Source of the DNA: Patescibacteria group bacterium
GTDB taxonomy: Bacteria > Patescibacteriota > Patescibacteriia > UBA10025 > JAHIVO01
Assembly: GCA_018816445.1 (NCBI GenBank)
Contig: JAHIVO010000001.1
Coordinates: forward strand, 8,354 to 72,353
Reading direction: 5' to 3'
DNA length: 64,000 nt
Position 1 is the stretch's first letter. The number at the start of each line of letters is the position of its first letter. Positions 1 through 9,009 of the stretch are shown piece after piece. Under the pieces are notes generated by a model. It was not told the origin of the DNA. It saw only the letters and a list, made by a program, of their open reading frames with translations, and ran no database searches. Position numbers and translations under genes: made by a program.

Positions 1-246
1 TGCGGAGCTAAGGTATTTAAAAAGAAGGTTATAAAAGCAATATTGCCACAGTTACGTGTAAATAATATGGCCTTTGATGTAGAACTTTTGTATACTATTC
101 GGCGTGCTGGATTTAGGGTTATTGAAGTTCCTTCAAAATGGGAGGATAATAGCAGCAGCTCAGCTATGCTGGGATCACCAAGCAAGGTCATAAAAAATTC
201 TATAAATATGTTTTTTACACTATTAAGAATAAGATTAATGAAATAA
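1..246 (+). CDS. 3' end of a GT2-family glycosyltransferase (dolichyl-phosphate-sugar synthase-like). The CDS starts upstream of the window.
   Basis: The open frame runs from base 1 (…AKVFKKKVIKAILPQLRVNNMAFDVELLYTIRRAGFRVIEVPSKWED…) to a stop at 246. The C-terminal F-D-x-E and 'IEVP' region is typical of DPM1/ArnC-like GT2 enzymes. Confidence 0.45.
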   Translation, partial: CGAKVFKKKVIKAILPQLRVNNMAFDVELLYTIRRAGFRVIEVPSKWEDNSSSSAMLGSPSKVIKNSINMFFTLLRIRLMK

Positions 247-250
247 ATTT

Positions 251-1297
251 ATGCCAAGTCCATCAAATATTTATTCCAGGAAGAATATATTAGTAACTGG
301 CGGAGCCGGATTTATTGGTTCTCATTTATGCGATGAACTCATAAAAAAGTATAATGTAATTTGCATTGACAATTTTTCATCTAGTAAGGTGGATAATATT
401 AACCACTTATTCGAAAATCCAAATTTTGAGTTTATAAAACATGATATTAGCAAGCCTATAAACCTGGACGAACTTCATGAATTAGACAAGTTCAAAGTAA
501 AATTTCATGGCCTTCAGGAAATATACCACTTGGCCTGTCCAACTTCCCCAAAAAATTTCAATCAGCTGAGGATAAAAACCCTGCATACAAATGGCTTAGG
601 CACAATTAATGTATTAGAATTAGCACGCAAATATAAGGCAAAAATTTTACTGGCCTCCTCAGCAGTGGTATATGGCCCACGTTATAAAGAAGCATTAAAC
701 TATACTGAAGATTACCAGGGTTATGTAAATTTTACCGGTCCTAGGAGCTGTTATGACGAGGGCAAGAGATTTTCTGAAACAGCGGTTATCACATATAAAG
801 ATATGTATAATCTAGATACAAAAATTGCCCGAATATTCCGTACCTATGGGCCTCGTTTATTGCTATTTGATGGCCATATGATCCCTGATTTCGTCTTGCA
901 GGCGCTAAATAACCGCCCGCTGATTATTTATGGCGATGCGAATTTTACCACCTCACTGTGCTATATTGCTGATATCATTGAAGGATTGATCAAATTAATG
1001 AAATCAAAAGAGGCCGGTCCATTTAATTTCGGTCATTATCAGGAGTATAAAATGAATGATATTGCTGAAAAAATATTGACAATGACCGGTTCACAGTCAA
1101 AGATTGAATTTAAAAAGTCACTTCTTTTTATGACACCTCTGGGACTTCCCGATATCAGCCTGGTGAAAGAAAAGATTGGGTGGTACCCCTTAATTTCGCT
1201 GGATGTAGGCCTGGAAAAAACTATTGAATATGTAAAAGCCGGACAGAATGTTTTACAGCCGTTATTATGGAAATATGAAAAGGAGGAAAGCGAATAA
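251..1297 (+). CDS. UDP-glucuronate decarboxylase (UDP-xylose synthase, UXS-like SDR)
   Basis: N-terminal Rossmann motif VTGGAGFIGSHLCDEL, then 'ICIDNFSS…NI' and 'NPNFEFIKHD'. 'GPRSCYDEGKRFSETAVITY' and 'RIFRTYGPR' match conserved UXS/ArnA-decarboxylase blocks. Confidence 0.7.
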   Translation: MPSPSNIYSRKNILVTGGAGFIGSHLCDELIKKYNVICIDNFSSSKVDNINHLFENPNFEFIKHDISKPINLDELHELDKFKVKFHGLQEIYHLACPTSPKNFNQLRIKTLHTNGLGTINVLELARKYKAKILLASSAVVYGPRYKEALNYTEDYQGYVNFTGPRSCYDEGKRFSETAVITYKDMYNLDTKIARIFRTYGPRLLLFDGHMIPDFVLQALNNRPLIIYGDANFTTSLCYIADIIEGLIKLMKSKEAGPFNFGHYQEYKMNDIAEKILTMTGSQSKIEFKKSLLFMTPLGLPDISLVKEKIGWYPLISLDVGLEKTIEYVKAGQNVLQPLLWKYEKEESE

Positions 1298-1299
1298 AT

Positions 1300-2208
1300 A
1301 TGAGCAGAGTATTAGTCACAGGCGGAGCTGGATTTATCGGCAGCCATCTGGTAGACCATCTGATAAAAGCTGGCCACCGGGTAATTATTATTGATGACTT
1401 AAGCTCCGGTTCCCGTCAAAATTTAAATAAAAAAGCAAAATTCATAAAACAAAAAGTTCAGCATCAAACTATGCCAGGGATATTCAAGGCCAATAAAGTT
1501 GATTTTGTTTTTCATTTAGCGGCTCAGATAAAATTGCAATTTTCAAAAAAATATCCGGCAGAAGATGCGGAAACTAATATTATCGGCAGCTTAAGGGTAT
1601 TAGATGCGGCTCGGCAGGCAAAAGTAAAAAAATTAATATTTTTCTCCAGCGCTGCTGTTTATAATATCCAAGATAAACCACTTAATAAGGAAACTGATAT
1701 CATCCTTCCTGAAATACCATATGGCATCGCCAAGCATGCTGTTGAGCAGTATATAATCAAATCTGGCTTAAAATATTCAATCCTTAGGCCCTCAAATGTG
1801 TACGGATCCAGGCAGGGAGCTTTTGGCGAAGGGGGCGTAGTAGCCATATTTTGCAGTCAGGCGGCTAAAAATCGAGCCTCGGTAATAAATAATACTGGGC
1901 ATCAAACCCGTGATTTTATTCATGTATCGGATATAGCAGCTGGAGCGTTAAAAACGATAAATATGGCTCATAACCAGGTTATTAACTTAAGTACTGCCAG
2001 AGAAACCACCATAAATGAATTATATGATTTAATATATTCGTTAGTAGCAAAAAAGATTAAGCCAATACGCGGAGTTTATTTAGATGAACAGTATCGAAGT
2101 GCTCTTAACAATAAATTAGCAAAAAAGAGGCTGAATTGGCAGCCTAGGATGTTATTAGCAGAAGGTTTAAAAGAAACATATAACTGGTTTATTAAAAAAT
2201 ATGAGTAG
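1300..2208 (+). CDS. NAD-dependent nucleoside-diphosphate-sugar epimerase (GalE-like UDP-hexose 4-epimerase family)
   Basis: VLVTGGAGFIGSHLVDHL Rossmann motif, 'FHLAAQ', the catalytic YxxxK (YGIAKHA) and a 302-aa length. Confidence 0.7.
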   Translation: MSRVLVTGGAGFIGSHLVDHLIKAGHRVIIIDDLSSGSRQNLNKKAKFIKQKVQHQTMPGIFKANKVDFVFHLAAQIKLQFSKKYPAEDAETNIIGSLRVLDAARQAKVKKLIFFSSAAVYNIQDKPLNKETDIILPEIPYGIAKHAVEQYIIKSGLKYSILRPSNVYGSRQGAFGEGGVVAIFCSQAAKNRASVINNTGHQTRDFIHVSDIAAGALKTINMAHNQVINLSTARETTINELYDLIYSLVAKKIKPIRGVYLDEQYRSALNNKLAKKRLNWQPRMLLAEGLKETYNWFIKKYE

Positions 2209-3529
2209 AGATATTAAAAAAAATAAATTTAAAGTTAAGAGAAAAAAAAGAAAAAGTATGATGATCACGATTGTCGGGATTGGCTATGTTGGCTTGCCCC
2301 TGGCTTGTTTGTGCGGTGAAAAGGGTTATAAGACATTCGGTATTTCTAAGGATAGGAAAAAAATCAATCAAATAAATAATGGCATTTCTCCAATTAAGGG
2401 CGATATTTATTTGGAGAAAATGATTTCAAGAAAGTTCTTTACTGCCACCTCAAGCTATGATTCAATTTCAAAATCTGACATTATAATAATCTGCGTTCCC
2501 ACTCCGGTTGATGAGAGGTATAATCCTGATTTAACGCCAGTTAAGCAATCCTGCAGGAATATTGCCAAACATCTTAAAAAGGGGCAGTTAATAATTATTG
2601 AGTCAACCGTGAATCCTGGTGTTTGCGAAGAAGTGGTTAAACCTTTGCTGGAAGAAGCAACAGGCCTTCAAGCGGGGAAGGATTTTTATCTGGCTCATTG
2701 TCCGGAAAGGATCAATCCTGGCGATCCGCACTGGAATGTGCGTAATATCCCGCGCTGCGTCGGTGCCTTGAGCAGGCAGGGCTTATTAAAATCTTTAAAG
2801 TTTTACCGCCATATATTAGAAGGGGAAGTAAGGCCGATGAAATCCATTAAAGAAGCCGAGGCTACTAAAATTATTGAAAATTCATTCAGAGACATTAATA
2901 TCGCCTTTGTGAATGAATTGGCTAAGTCTTTTGAGGTGTTAGGCATTGATCTGATGGACGTTATTGAGGGTGCCAGTACAAAACCTTTTGCCTTTATGGC
3001 CCATTATCCGTCTTGCGGCGTGGGCGGACATTGCATTCCAGTCGATCCTTATTATTTAATTGAGCGTGCCAAGTTAGCTGGTTTTGACCACCGTTTTTTA
3101 AAGCTAGCGCGTGAGATAAACAATAGTATGCCGTCTTATACGGTTGATCTGCTGATCAAATCTTTAAATGATTTAAAAAAGTCAATTAGAGGCACTAAGG
3201 TCGGTTTACTGGGCATGGCTTATAAAGCCAATGTAGCTGATATGAGGGAAAGTCCGGCCGTTGATATTATGAAGATATTAAAAAAACAAGGAGCTATGGT
3301 TGAAGTTTTTGATCCATATTTGCCTGACCAGTCAACAGTAAAAAATCTGGAAGAGTTATTGAAGAAATCCGAAGCTTTAATCATTGCCACTGATCATAAT
3401 GAATTTAAACAACTATCACTGTCATTATTGAAAAAGAACGGAATTAAAGTCGTTATTGACGGGAAAAACTGTTTAAATAATAAATTGATAAAAAAGTCAA
3501 AAATTATTTATAAAGGCGTCGGCAGATGA
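2201..3529 (+). CDS. Nucleotide-sugar dehydrogenase of the WbpA/WecC/Cap5O family (UDP-GlcNAc or UDP-ManNAc 6-dehydrogenase)
   Basis: IVGIGYVGLPLA dinucleotide fold, 'IIICVPTP', a catalytic Cys context (GGHCIPVDPYY) and a C-terminal UDP-binding domain. The first 19 codons are Lys-rich; the more likely start is the MM at 2258. Confidence 0.75.
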   Translation: MSRDIKKNKFKVKRKKRKSMMITIVGIGYVGLPLACLCGEKGYKTFGISKDRKKINQINNGISPIKGDIYLEKMISRKFFTATSSYDSISKSDIIIICVPTPVDERYNPDLTPVKQSCRNIAKHLKKGQLIIIESTVNPGVCEEVVKPLLEEATGLQAGKDFYLAHCPERINPGDPHWNVRNIPRCVGALSRQGLLKSLKFYRHILEGEVRPMKSIKEAEATKIIENSFRDINIAFVNELAKSFEVLGIDLMDVIEGASTKPFAFMAHYPSCGVGGHCIPVDPYYLIERAKLAGFDHRFLKLAREINNSMPSYTVDLLIKSLNDLKKSIRGTKVGLLGMAYKANVADMRESPAVDIMKILKKQGAMVEVFDPYLPDQSTVKNLEELLKKSEALIIATDHNEFKQLSLSLLKKNGIKVVIDGKNCLNNKLIKKSKIIYKGVGR

Positions 3530-4866
3530 TTAAGATAAAAAAAACAAAAAAAAGCAGTTATAACATCGGCATTATTGGCGTTGGTTGGGTTGGGCTGATT
3601 ACGGCTGCCAGTTTAGCTGATTTGGGGAATAAAGTAAGATGTTTTGACGTTGATTCAAAAAGAATGAATAATCTGCAAAAGGGATCCTGGCTGCCTTTTT
3701 ATGAACCTCATTTAAAACAATTAGTCGATAAAAATTTAAAAGCAGGCAGATTGAGTTTTTACATAAATTTAGAGCATGTTGTTGAAAACAGCCAGGTGAT
3801 ATTTATCTGCGTAGGCACGCCGTCAAGAAAAAATGGCAGTGTTGACTTAAGTTACATTAAGAACGCCTGCCAGGATATTGCTAAGTATACAAATGAGTCT
3901 AAAATCATTGTAATTAAAAGTACTGTTCCTACTGGTACTGCAGAAATAGTTAGTAAAATTTTTAAGAGGTATTATAAAGGCCAGACGGATATTGTGTCAA
4001 ATCCTGAATTTTTACAGGAGGGCAGGGCAGTGGAGTCATTTTTAAAAGCTGATCGGATAGTAATTGGCTATCCTGGCTTATGCAAGCCAGCTACTAAAAA
4101 AATTATGAAAGATATTTATAGTCCATTAAAAGTTTCAATTTTTGAAACAAATAATCGTACCGCAGAAATGTCAAAATATGCAAGTAACGTATTTTTAGCC
4201 ACTGAAATCTCGTTTATTAATAATATTGCCAATTTATGCGATGAAACGGGAGCAGACGTTAAGATTATCTCAGATATTATGAAGGCTGATAAAAGGATTG
4301 GCTATAAAGCTTTTTTAAATGCGGGTGCTGGCTATGGAGGTCTCTGCTTCCCAAAAGACATGAGAGGCTTCATTCGTGCTTATGAAAGAAATGGTTATGA
4401 TCCTACTTTTTTAAAGATGGTTGAAAAAATTAATTTAAGTCAGAGAACTATAATTGTTAAAAAAATAAGAAAAGCACTAGGTAAGTTAAAAGGTAAAACA
4501 ATAGTAATATTGGGCATCTCATTTAAGCCCAATACTGATGATATTCGTGATGCACCATCACTTACTGTGATTGAAAAATTATTGAGTGCCGGTGCCCAAG
4601 TCCGGTTATGTGATCCAGTGGCCTTACACAACGCCAAGGCTGTATTCAATAACAGGGTTACTTATAATTTTGAGACTTATGAGGCTCTAAAAGGCGCCCA
4701 TGCCGCAGTATTAATAACTGAGTGGGATAGGTACAAGAATATAGATTTTATGAGAGCTAGAAAATTAATGAAAAAAAATATAATAATTGATGGACGTAAT
4801 ATTTATGATCCGTTAAAATTAAAAAAAGCTGGTTTTAAATATTATGGCATCGGAAGAAATAATTAA
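3526..4866 (+). CDS. ugd: UDP-glucose 6-dehydrogenase
   Basis: IGIIGVGWVGL, 'FICVGTP', 'NPEFLQEG', 'GAGYGGLCFPKD' (catalytic Cys) and 'FKPNTDDIRDAP' are classic Ugd/UDPGDH blocks. Start overlaps the upstream stop (ATGA). Confidence 0.85.
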   Translation: MIKIKKTKKSSYNIGIIGVGWVGLITAASLADLGNKVRCFDVDSKRMNNLQKGSWLPFYEPHLKQLVDKNLKAGRLSFYINLEHVVENSQVIFICVGTPSRKNGSVDLSYIKNACQDIAKYTNESKIIVIKSTVPTGTAEIVSKIFKRYYKGQTDIVSNPEFLQEGRAVESFLKADRIVIGYPGLCKPATKKIMKDIYSPLKVSIFETNNRTAEMSKYASNVFLATEISFINNIANLCDETGADVKIISDIMKADKRIGYKAFLNAGAGYGGLCFPKDMRGFIRAYERNGYDPTFLKMVEKINLSQRTIIVKKIRKALGKLKGKTIVILGISFKPNTDDIRDAPSLTVIEKLLSAGAQVRLCDPVALHNAKAVFNNRVTYNFETYEALKGAHAAVLITEWDRYKNIDFMRARKLMKKNIIIDGRNIYDPLKLKKAGFKYYGIGRNN

Positions 4867-4875
4867 TATATAAAT

Positions 4876-5829
4876 ATGAAACTTATTGTAACAATTCCTG
4901 CCTATAATGAGGAGGAATCAATTAAAGATGTAATACATAGCATTCCCAAACAGATGCAAGGTATTGATCGAGTTGAGATTCTAGTTATTGATGACGGCTC
5001 TACTGATAATACCAAAGTGTCAGCGCATGAATCAGGTGCAGACCATGTAATATCAAATAAAGTTAATAGGGGATTAGCTACTACTTTCAGAAGAGGTATA
5101 AATAAAGCCTTAGAATTAGGTGCTGATATTATTGTTAACACGGATGCTGATAATCAATATGACCAGACAGAAATTCCAAAATTAATTGCACCGATTTTAA
5201 ATGGCCAAGCTGATATTGTTTCGGGCGATCGTCAGATAGAAAAATTAGACCATATGCCTTCGTCAAAAAAATACGGCAATATGCTGGGTAGCTGGGTGGT
5301 CAGAAAAGTATCCGGATTGCCGATTAAGGATGCTTCAAGTGGTTTTCGGGCTTTTTCCAGGGAAGCGGCTTTACGGCTGAGTGTTTTATCGCATCATACG
5401 TATACCCATGAGACAATAATTGAAGCGCAGGATAAGAAACTTGTTTTTATAGAAGTTCCCTGTACTTTTCGGGCACGTGTCGGCACGTCTTCCCGGCTTA
5501 TTAGTGGTGTTTTCGGGCATATTAAAAAATCTGGAGCGACTATCGTCAGGACCACCATCAGGCACCGTCCGTTAAAAACATTTGTTTATATTGGTGGATT
5601 TTTATTACTGCTTGGTATAATAATCGGTGTCAGGTTTATATATTTTTATATGACCGGAAACAGCAGCGGCCATATCCAGTCATTAATATTTGTGGCAATT
5701 CTAATAATGCTGGGTTTTCAGATTGTTGTCTTGGGTTTATTGGCTGATAATATTAATGCAAATCGTCGAATTAATGAAGAAATATTGTACCGTTTAAAAA
5801 AGGAACAAATTAAGAAACAACTGAATTAA
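4876..5829 (+). CDS. GT2 polyprenyl-phosphate glycosyltransferase (DPM1/ArnC-like) with two C-terminal TM helices
   Basis: 'IVTIPAYNEEESI', 'ILVIDDGSTDNT', 'VNTDADNQY' (DxD) and a hydrophobic C-terminus (FVYIGGFLLLLGIIIGV…ILIMLGFQIVVLGLL). Confidence 0.75.
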   Translation: MKLIVTIPAYNEEESIKDVIHSIPKQMQGIDRVEILVIDDGSTDNTKVSAHESGADHVISNKVNRGLATTFRRGINKALELGADIIVNTDADNQYDQTEIPKLIAPILNGQADIVSGDRQIEKLDHMPSSKKYGNMLGSWVVRKVSGLPIKDASSGFRAFSREAALRLSVLSHHTYTHETIIEAQDKKLVFIEVPCTFRARVGTSSRLISGVFGHIKKSGATIVRTTIRHRPLKTFVYIGGFLLLLGIIIGVRFIYFYMTGNSSGHIQSLIFVAILIMLGFQIVVLGLLADNINANRRINEEILYRLKKEQIKKQLN

Positions 5830-5831
5830 AA

Positions 5832-6920
5832 ATGAAGGTACTGTTTATTTCCAGAAAATACCCGCCAAAAATTGGCGGGATGGAAAATTATACCTATAAT
5901 TTATTAAAATATTTTCCAGGGGATAATATATCCATATTGCTTAATAAGTCGCAAATACACCTGCTATGGTTTCTGCCATATGCTTTTGTTAAAGGATTAA
6001 TTTCATCCAAAAAGGTTGATGTTTATTATTTATGTGATTGCCTGATTGCTCCGGTCGGTCGGTTGTTAAAAATTTTAACAGGCAAGCCAGTTCTAGCCAC
6101 AGCACATGGGCTTGATATTACTTATAATAAATGGTTTTATCAAAAAATAAATGTTAGTTCAGCAAGAAGTTTAGATGGAATTATTTGCGTAAGCCAATCT
6201 ACTTTTGATGAGTGTAAAAAAAGAAATTTTTCAAGTAAGAAATTATCATTAATTTCCAATGGTGTTGACATTGAAAAATATTCAGGAAAAAGGCATAAGG
6301 ATTACTATAGAAATATAGTTGAAAAAAAATACAATTTTGTATTAAAAAATAAACTTGTTTTACTTACAGTTGGAAGGCTAGTTCCTAGGAAAGGTGTTGA
6401 TTGGTTTGTAAAAAATGTATTACAAAATTTGCAAGATAATATTGAATATTTAATTGTTGGTAAGGGTCCTGATAAGCAAAAAATTGATTGTAGTATCAAC
6501 CAATTAGGATTAGTAAAACGAGCTCATTTATTAGGATCAATATCTGACGATGAATTAAAAATTGTGCTTAATTCCTCTGATTTGTTTATTATGCCTAATA
6601 TTAAAGTCAGGGGAGATTGTGAAGGTTTTGGTTTAGTAGCCTTAGAGGCCGCTTCCTGTGGATTGCCAGTTATAGCTTCAAATATTGAAGGAATAAATGG
6701 CGCAATAATTGATAGAAAGAATGGTTTTTTAGTTGAGTCCGGTAATGCCCATGAATTCATAAAGCTGATTAATGAATTATTAAAAATGGACGATCGTGAA
6801 GAATTAATGCAAAAAATTAAAAATTATACCATTCAAAACTATAGTTGGAGAAATATTGCTAATCAATACTTTAAAAAAATTAATAGCATTGTACTAAAAA
6901 AAAGTTATGGATCAAACTAA
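5832..6920 (+). CDS. GT4 (GT-B) glycosyltransferase
   Basis: C-terminal 'EGFGLVALEAASCGLPVIAS' E-x7-E motif region. Confidence 0.75.
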   Translation: MKVLFISRKYPPKIGGMENYTYNLLKYFPGDNISILLNKSQIHLLWFLPYAFVKGLISSKKVDVYYLCDCLIAPVGRLLKILTGKPVLATAHGLDITYNKWFYQKINVSSARSLDGIICVSQSTFDECKKRNFSSKKLSLISNGVDIEKYSGKRHKDYYRNIVEKKYNFVLKNKLVLLTVGRLVPRKGVDWFVKNVLQNLQDNIEYLIVGKGPDKQKIDCSINQLGLVKRAHLLGSISDDELKIVLNSSDLFIMPNIKVRGDCEGFGLVALEAASCGLPVIASNIEGINGAIIDRKNGFLVESGNAHEFIKLINELLKMDDREELMQKIKNYTIQNYSWRNIANQYFKKINSIVLKKSYGSN

Positions 6921-7761
6921 GAAAATTACAACTATCATCCCAATATATAATGGTTTAAAATATCTAAAAATTTGTTTAGATTCTTTAAATCAGCAAACCT
7001 ATAAAAATTTTGAAATTGTATTGGTTGACAATGCCTCTACTGATGGCAGTCCTGATATGATTAAAAAATCATATCCAGGTGTGAAAATCATTTATAATAA
7101 AAAAAATCTTGGTTTTGCCAGAGCCAATAATAAAGGAATTAAATATGCTCTTGAAAATAATAGCGATTATATTGTAATAACTTGTCAGGATGATAGATTT
7201 GAACCAAATTTTCTAGAGCAAGGGATAAAAGTCTTGGAACAAAAAGGTGTTGGCATGTGTACTCCCAAGGTAATTTATGATGAAACAAATCGAATCTGGT
7301 GGGCTGGTGGAAAATTGCTACCACTAAAAGAGTTATTAAAATCTACTTCAATAAAAATTAGTGAACATACAGGCAAGGGAGATGAAGATGTTGGGCAGTA
7401 TAATTCTCCCAGGTTAGTTGATATTCTCACCGGTAATGCGCTGTTTGTTAAAAGAGAGGTGATTGAAAAAGTTGGATATTTTGATGAAAAATATTTTTTG
7501 TATGGTGATGATATTGATTACAGTATTCGCGCAAGAAAAGCTGGATATTCACTGATTTATTTTCCCGATACAACTGTTTATCATATGACGCCCTTGGTCA
7601 GACGGGATAAAAGAACACTAAAGCAGTTAATATTAAAATTTAAAAGGTACCTAACTGGATGGATATTGCTTGCCGCCAAGCATCTTAAGTGGTATGTAAA
7701 AATAATTTGGTTTGTTAAGCTACCAATTACTTTATTATTTACGTTGTTTAAAGATAAATAG
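6907..7761 (+). CDS. GT2 glycosyltransferase
   Basis: 'TIIPIYNGLKYL', 'EIVLVDNASTDGS' and 'DDIDYSIRARKAGY'. Confidence 0.75.
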   Translation: MDQTKKITTIIPIYNGLKYLKICLDSLNQQTYKNFEIVLVDNASTDGSPDMIKKSYPGVKIIYNKKNLGFARANNKGIKYALENNSDYIVITCQDDRFEPNFLEQGIKVLEQKGVGMCTPKVIYDETNRIWWAGGKLLPLKELLKSTSIKISEHTGKGDEDVGQYNSPRLVDILTGNALFVKREVIEKVGYFDEKYFLYGDDIDYSIRARKAGYSLIYFPDTTVYHMTPLVRRDKRTLKQLILKFKRYLTGWILLAAKHLKWYVKIIWFVKLPITLLFTLFKDK

Positions 7762-7768
7762 CTTTCAG

Positions 7769-9004
7769 CTAGTAAAGTTGTTTAAAAAATTTGTTTACTG
7801 TTTTTTTGATATAGCCAATCTGTTCATCGTCCATCCCTGGCCATACCCCGATAAAAAATGTATCAAGCAAAATCTTATCTGAGTTTTTTAGTGAACCAGA
7901 TATTCTATATTTGACATTTTTATAGGCTGGATGACGAATAATATTGCCGGCAAATAGAGGCCTAGTTTGGATATTATGATCTTCTAGGTAAATTGAAATG
8001 TCCCTTCTTGAAAATGGCGCTTTATCTTTTACTGTTAAAGGAAATGAAAACCAGGATGGCTTTGCTTCTTTCTCCCATTTCGGCAAAATAAAGTATTTTT
8101 CAAATTTTTTAAAGTAGTTATATAGTTTAGTAAAATTCTGCCTTCTTTTTTTAACGAAAAAGGGTAATTTTTTTAATTGCTCCAAGCCCATAGCGCATTG
8201 AAATTCAACCGGCTTTAAATTATATCCAATACTGGTATAAGTATAGCGATGGTCATACCCTTTTGGTAGATCCCCGAGTTGAAAATTAAAACGATTTTTG
8301 CATGCACCATGAGGATTTTTTTGGTCCCATTTACAATGACAGGCTCTGCCCCAGTCTCTGAGCGATCTAATTTTTCTTTCTCTTGAATTACTGTTCAAAT
8401 AAACCATACCGCCTTCTCCTATAGTAATGTGGTGCGCAGGGTAAAAACTGCAGGTAGCAACATCACCAAAGCTGCCGGTTTTTTGGTTATTATATGTTGA
8501 GCCTAAAGCATCACAGTTATCTTCAATTAATTTTAAATTATACTTTTTTTTAATTTTCATTATTTTTTTCATATTGCACGGGTTTCCTAAAGTATGAGGT
8601 ATTAACAAGGCTACAGTTTTTTTTGTTATGGCCTTTTCAATTAATTCAGCTTTAATATTATATGTACCAAGATCAACATCAATAAGTACAGGTACTAAAC
8701 CTAATTGCACAATAGGATTGAATGAAGTCGGAAAATTACAAGCCGGAGTGATAATCTCTAATCCTGGTTTAAAGCCAAATCCAGCCACAGCTAGCAGGGT
8801 AGCTGATGAGCCAGAATTAGTAACTATTGCATTTTTTACTCCGATGAATTGAGCAAATTCTTTTTCAAATTTATCCGCTTTTTCGCCAACACCAAACCAG
8901 CCTTTTTTTATTGATTTAATCATGGCATCAACTTCTTTATTGTCATAATATGCACCTGCATATTGCACTTTAGTTTTTCCCGGAATGAATTTTTTTTTGT
9001 TCAT
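7769..9004 (-). CDS. DegT/DnrJ-fold NDP-4-keto-6-deoxyhexose 3-dehydrase, RfbH/DdhC (E1)- or ColD-like
   Basis: 'NSGSSATLLAV' block. His replaces the usual PLP-binding Lys in 'SFYPAHHITIGEGG', the diagnostic E1/ColD signature. A Cys cluster 'RACHCKWDQKNPHGAC' follows, possibly Fe-S. Confidence 0.65.
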   Translation of the reverse strand: MNKKKFIPGKTKVQYAGAYYDNKEVDAMIKSIKKGWFGVGEKADKFEKEFAQFIGVKNAIVTNSGSSATLLAVAGFGFKPGLEIITPACNFPTSFNPIVQLGLVPVLIDVDLGTYNIKAELIEKAITKKTVALLIPHTLGNPCNMKKIMKIKKKYNLKLIEDNCDALGSTYNNQKTGSFGDVATCSFYPAHHITIGEGGMVYLNSNSRERKIRSLRDWGRACHCKWDQKNPHGACKNRFNFQLGDLPKGYDHRYTYTSIGYNLKPVEFQCAMGLEQLKKLPFFVKKRRQNFTKLYNYFKKFEKYFILPKWEKEAKPSWFSFPLTVKDKAPFSRRDISIYLEDHNIQTRPLFAGNIIRHPAYKNVKYRISGSLKNSDKILLDTFFIGVWPGMDDEQIGYIKKTVNKFFKQLY

Positions 9005-9009
9005 ATTTA

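Noticed and set aside
1659-1847. 62-aa ORF antisense to the GalE-like epimerase gene
   Set aside because: It is entirely embedded in a well-supported CDS on the opposite strand. It has no motif and is a typical antisense read-through frame in AT-rich DNA.
4440-5141. Antisense ORFs (69 and 79 aa) inside ugd and the GT2 gene
   Set aside because: They are embedded opposite strong, motif-supported CDSs and their translations are low-complexity with no family resemblance.
8628-8852. 74-aa ORF antisense to the RfbH-like gene
   Set aside because: Embedded antisense frame with no independent support.
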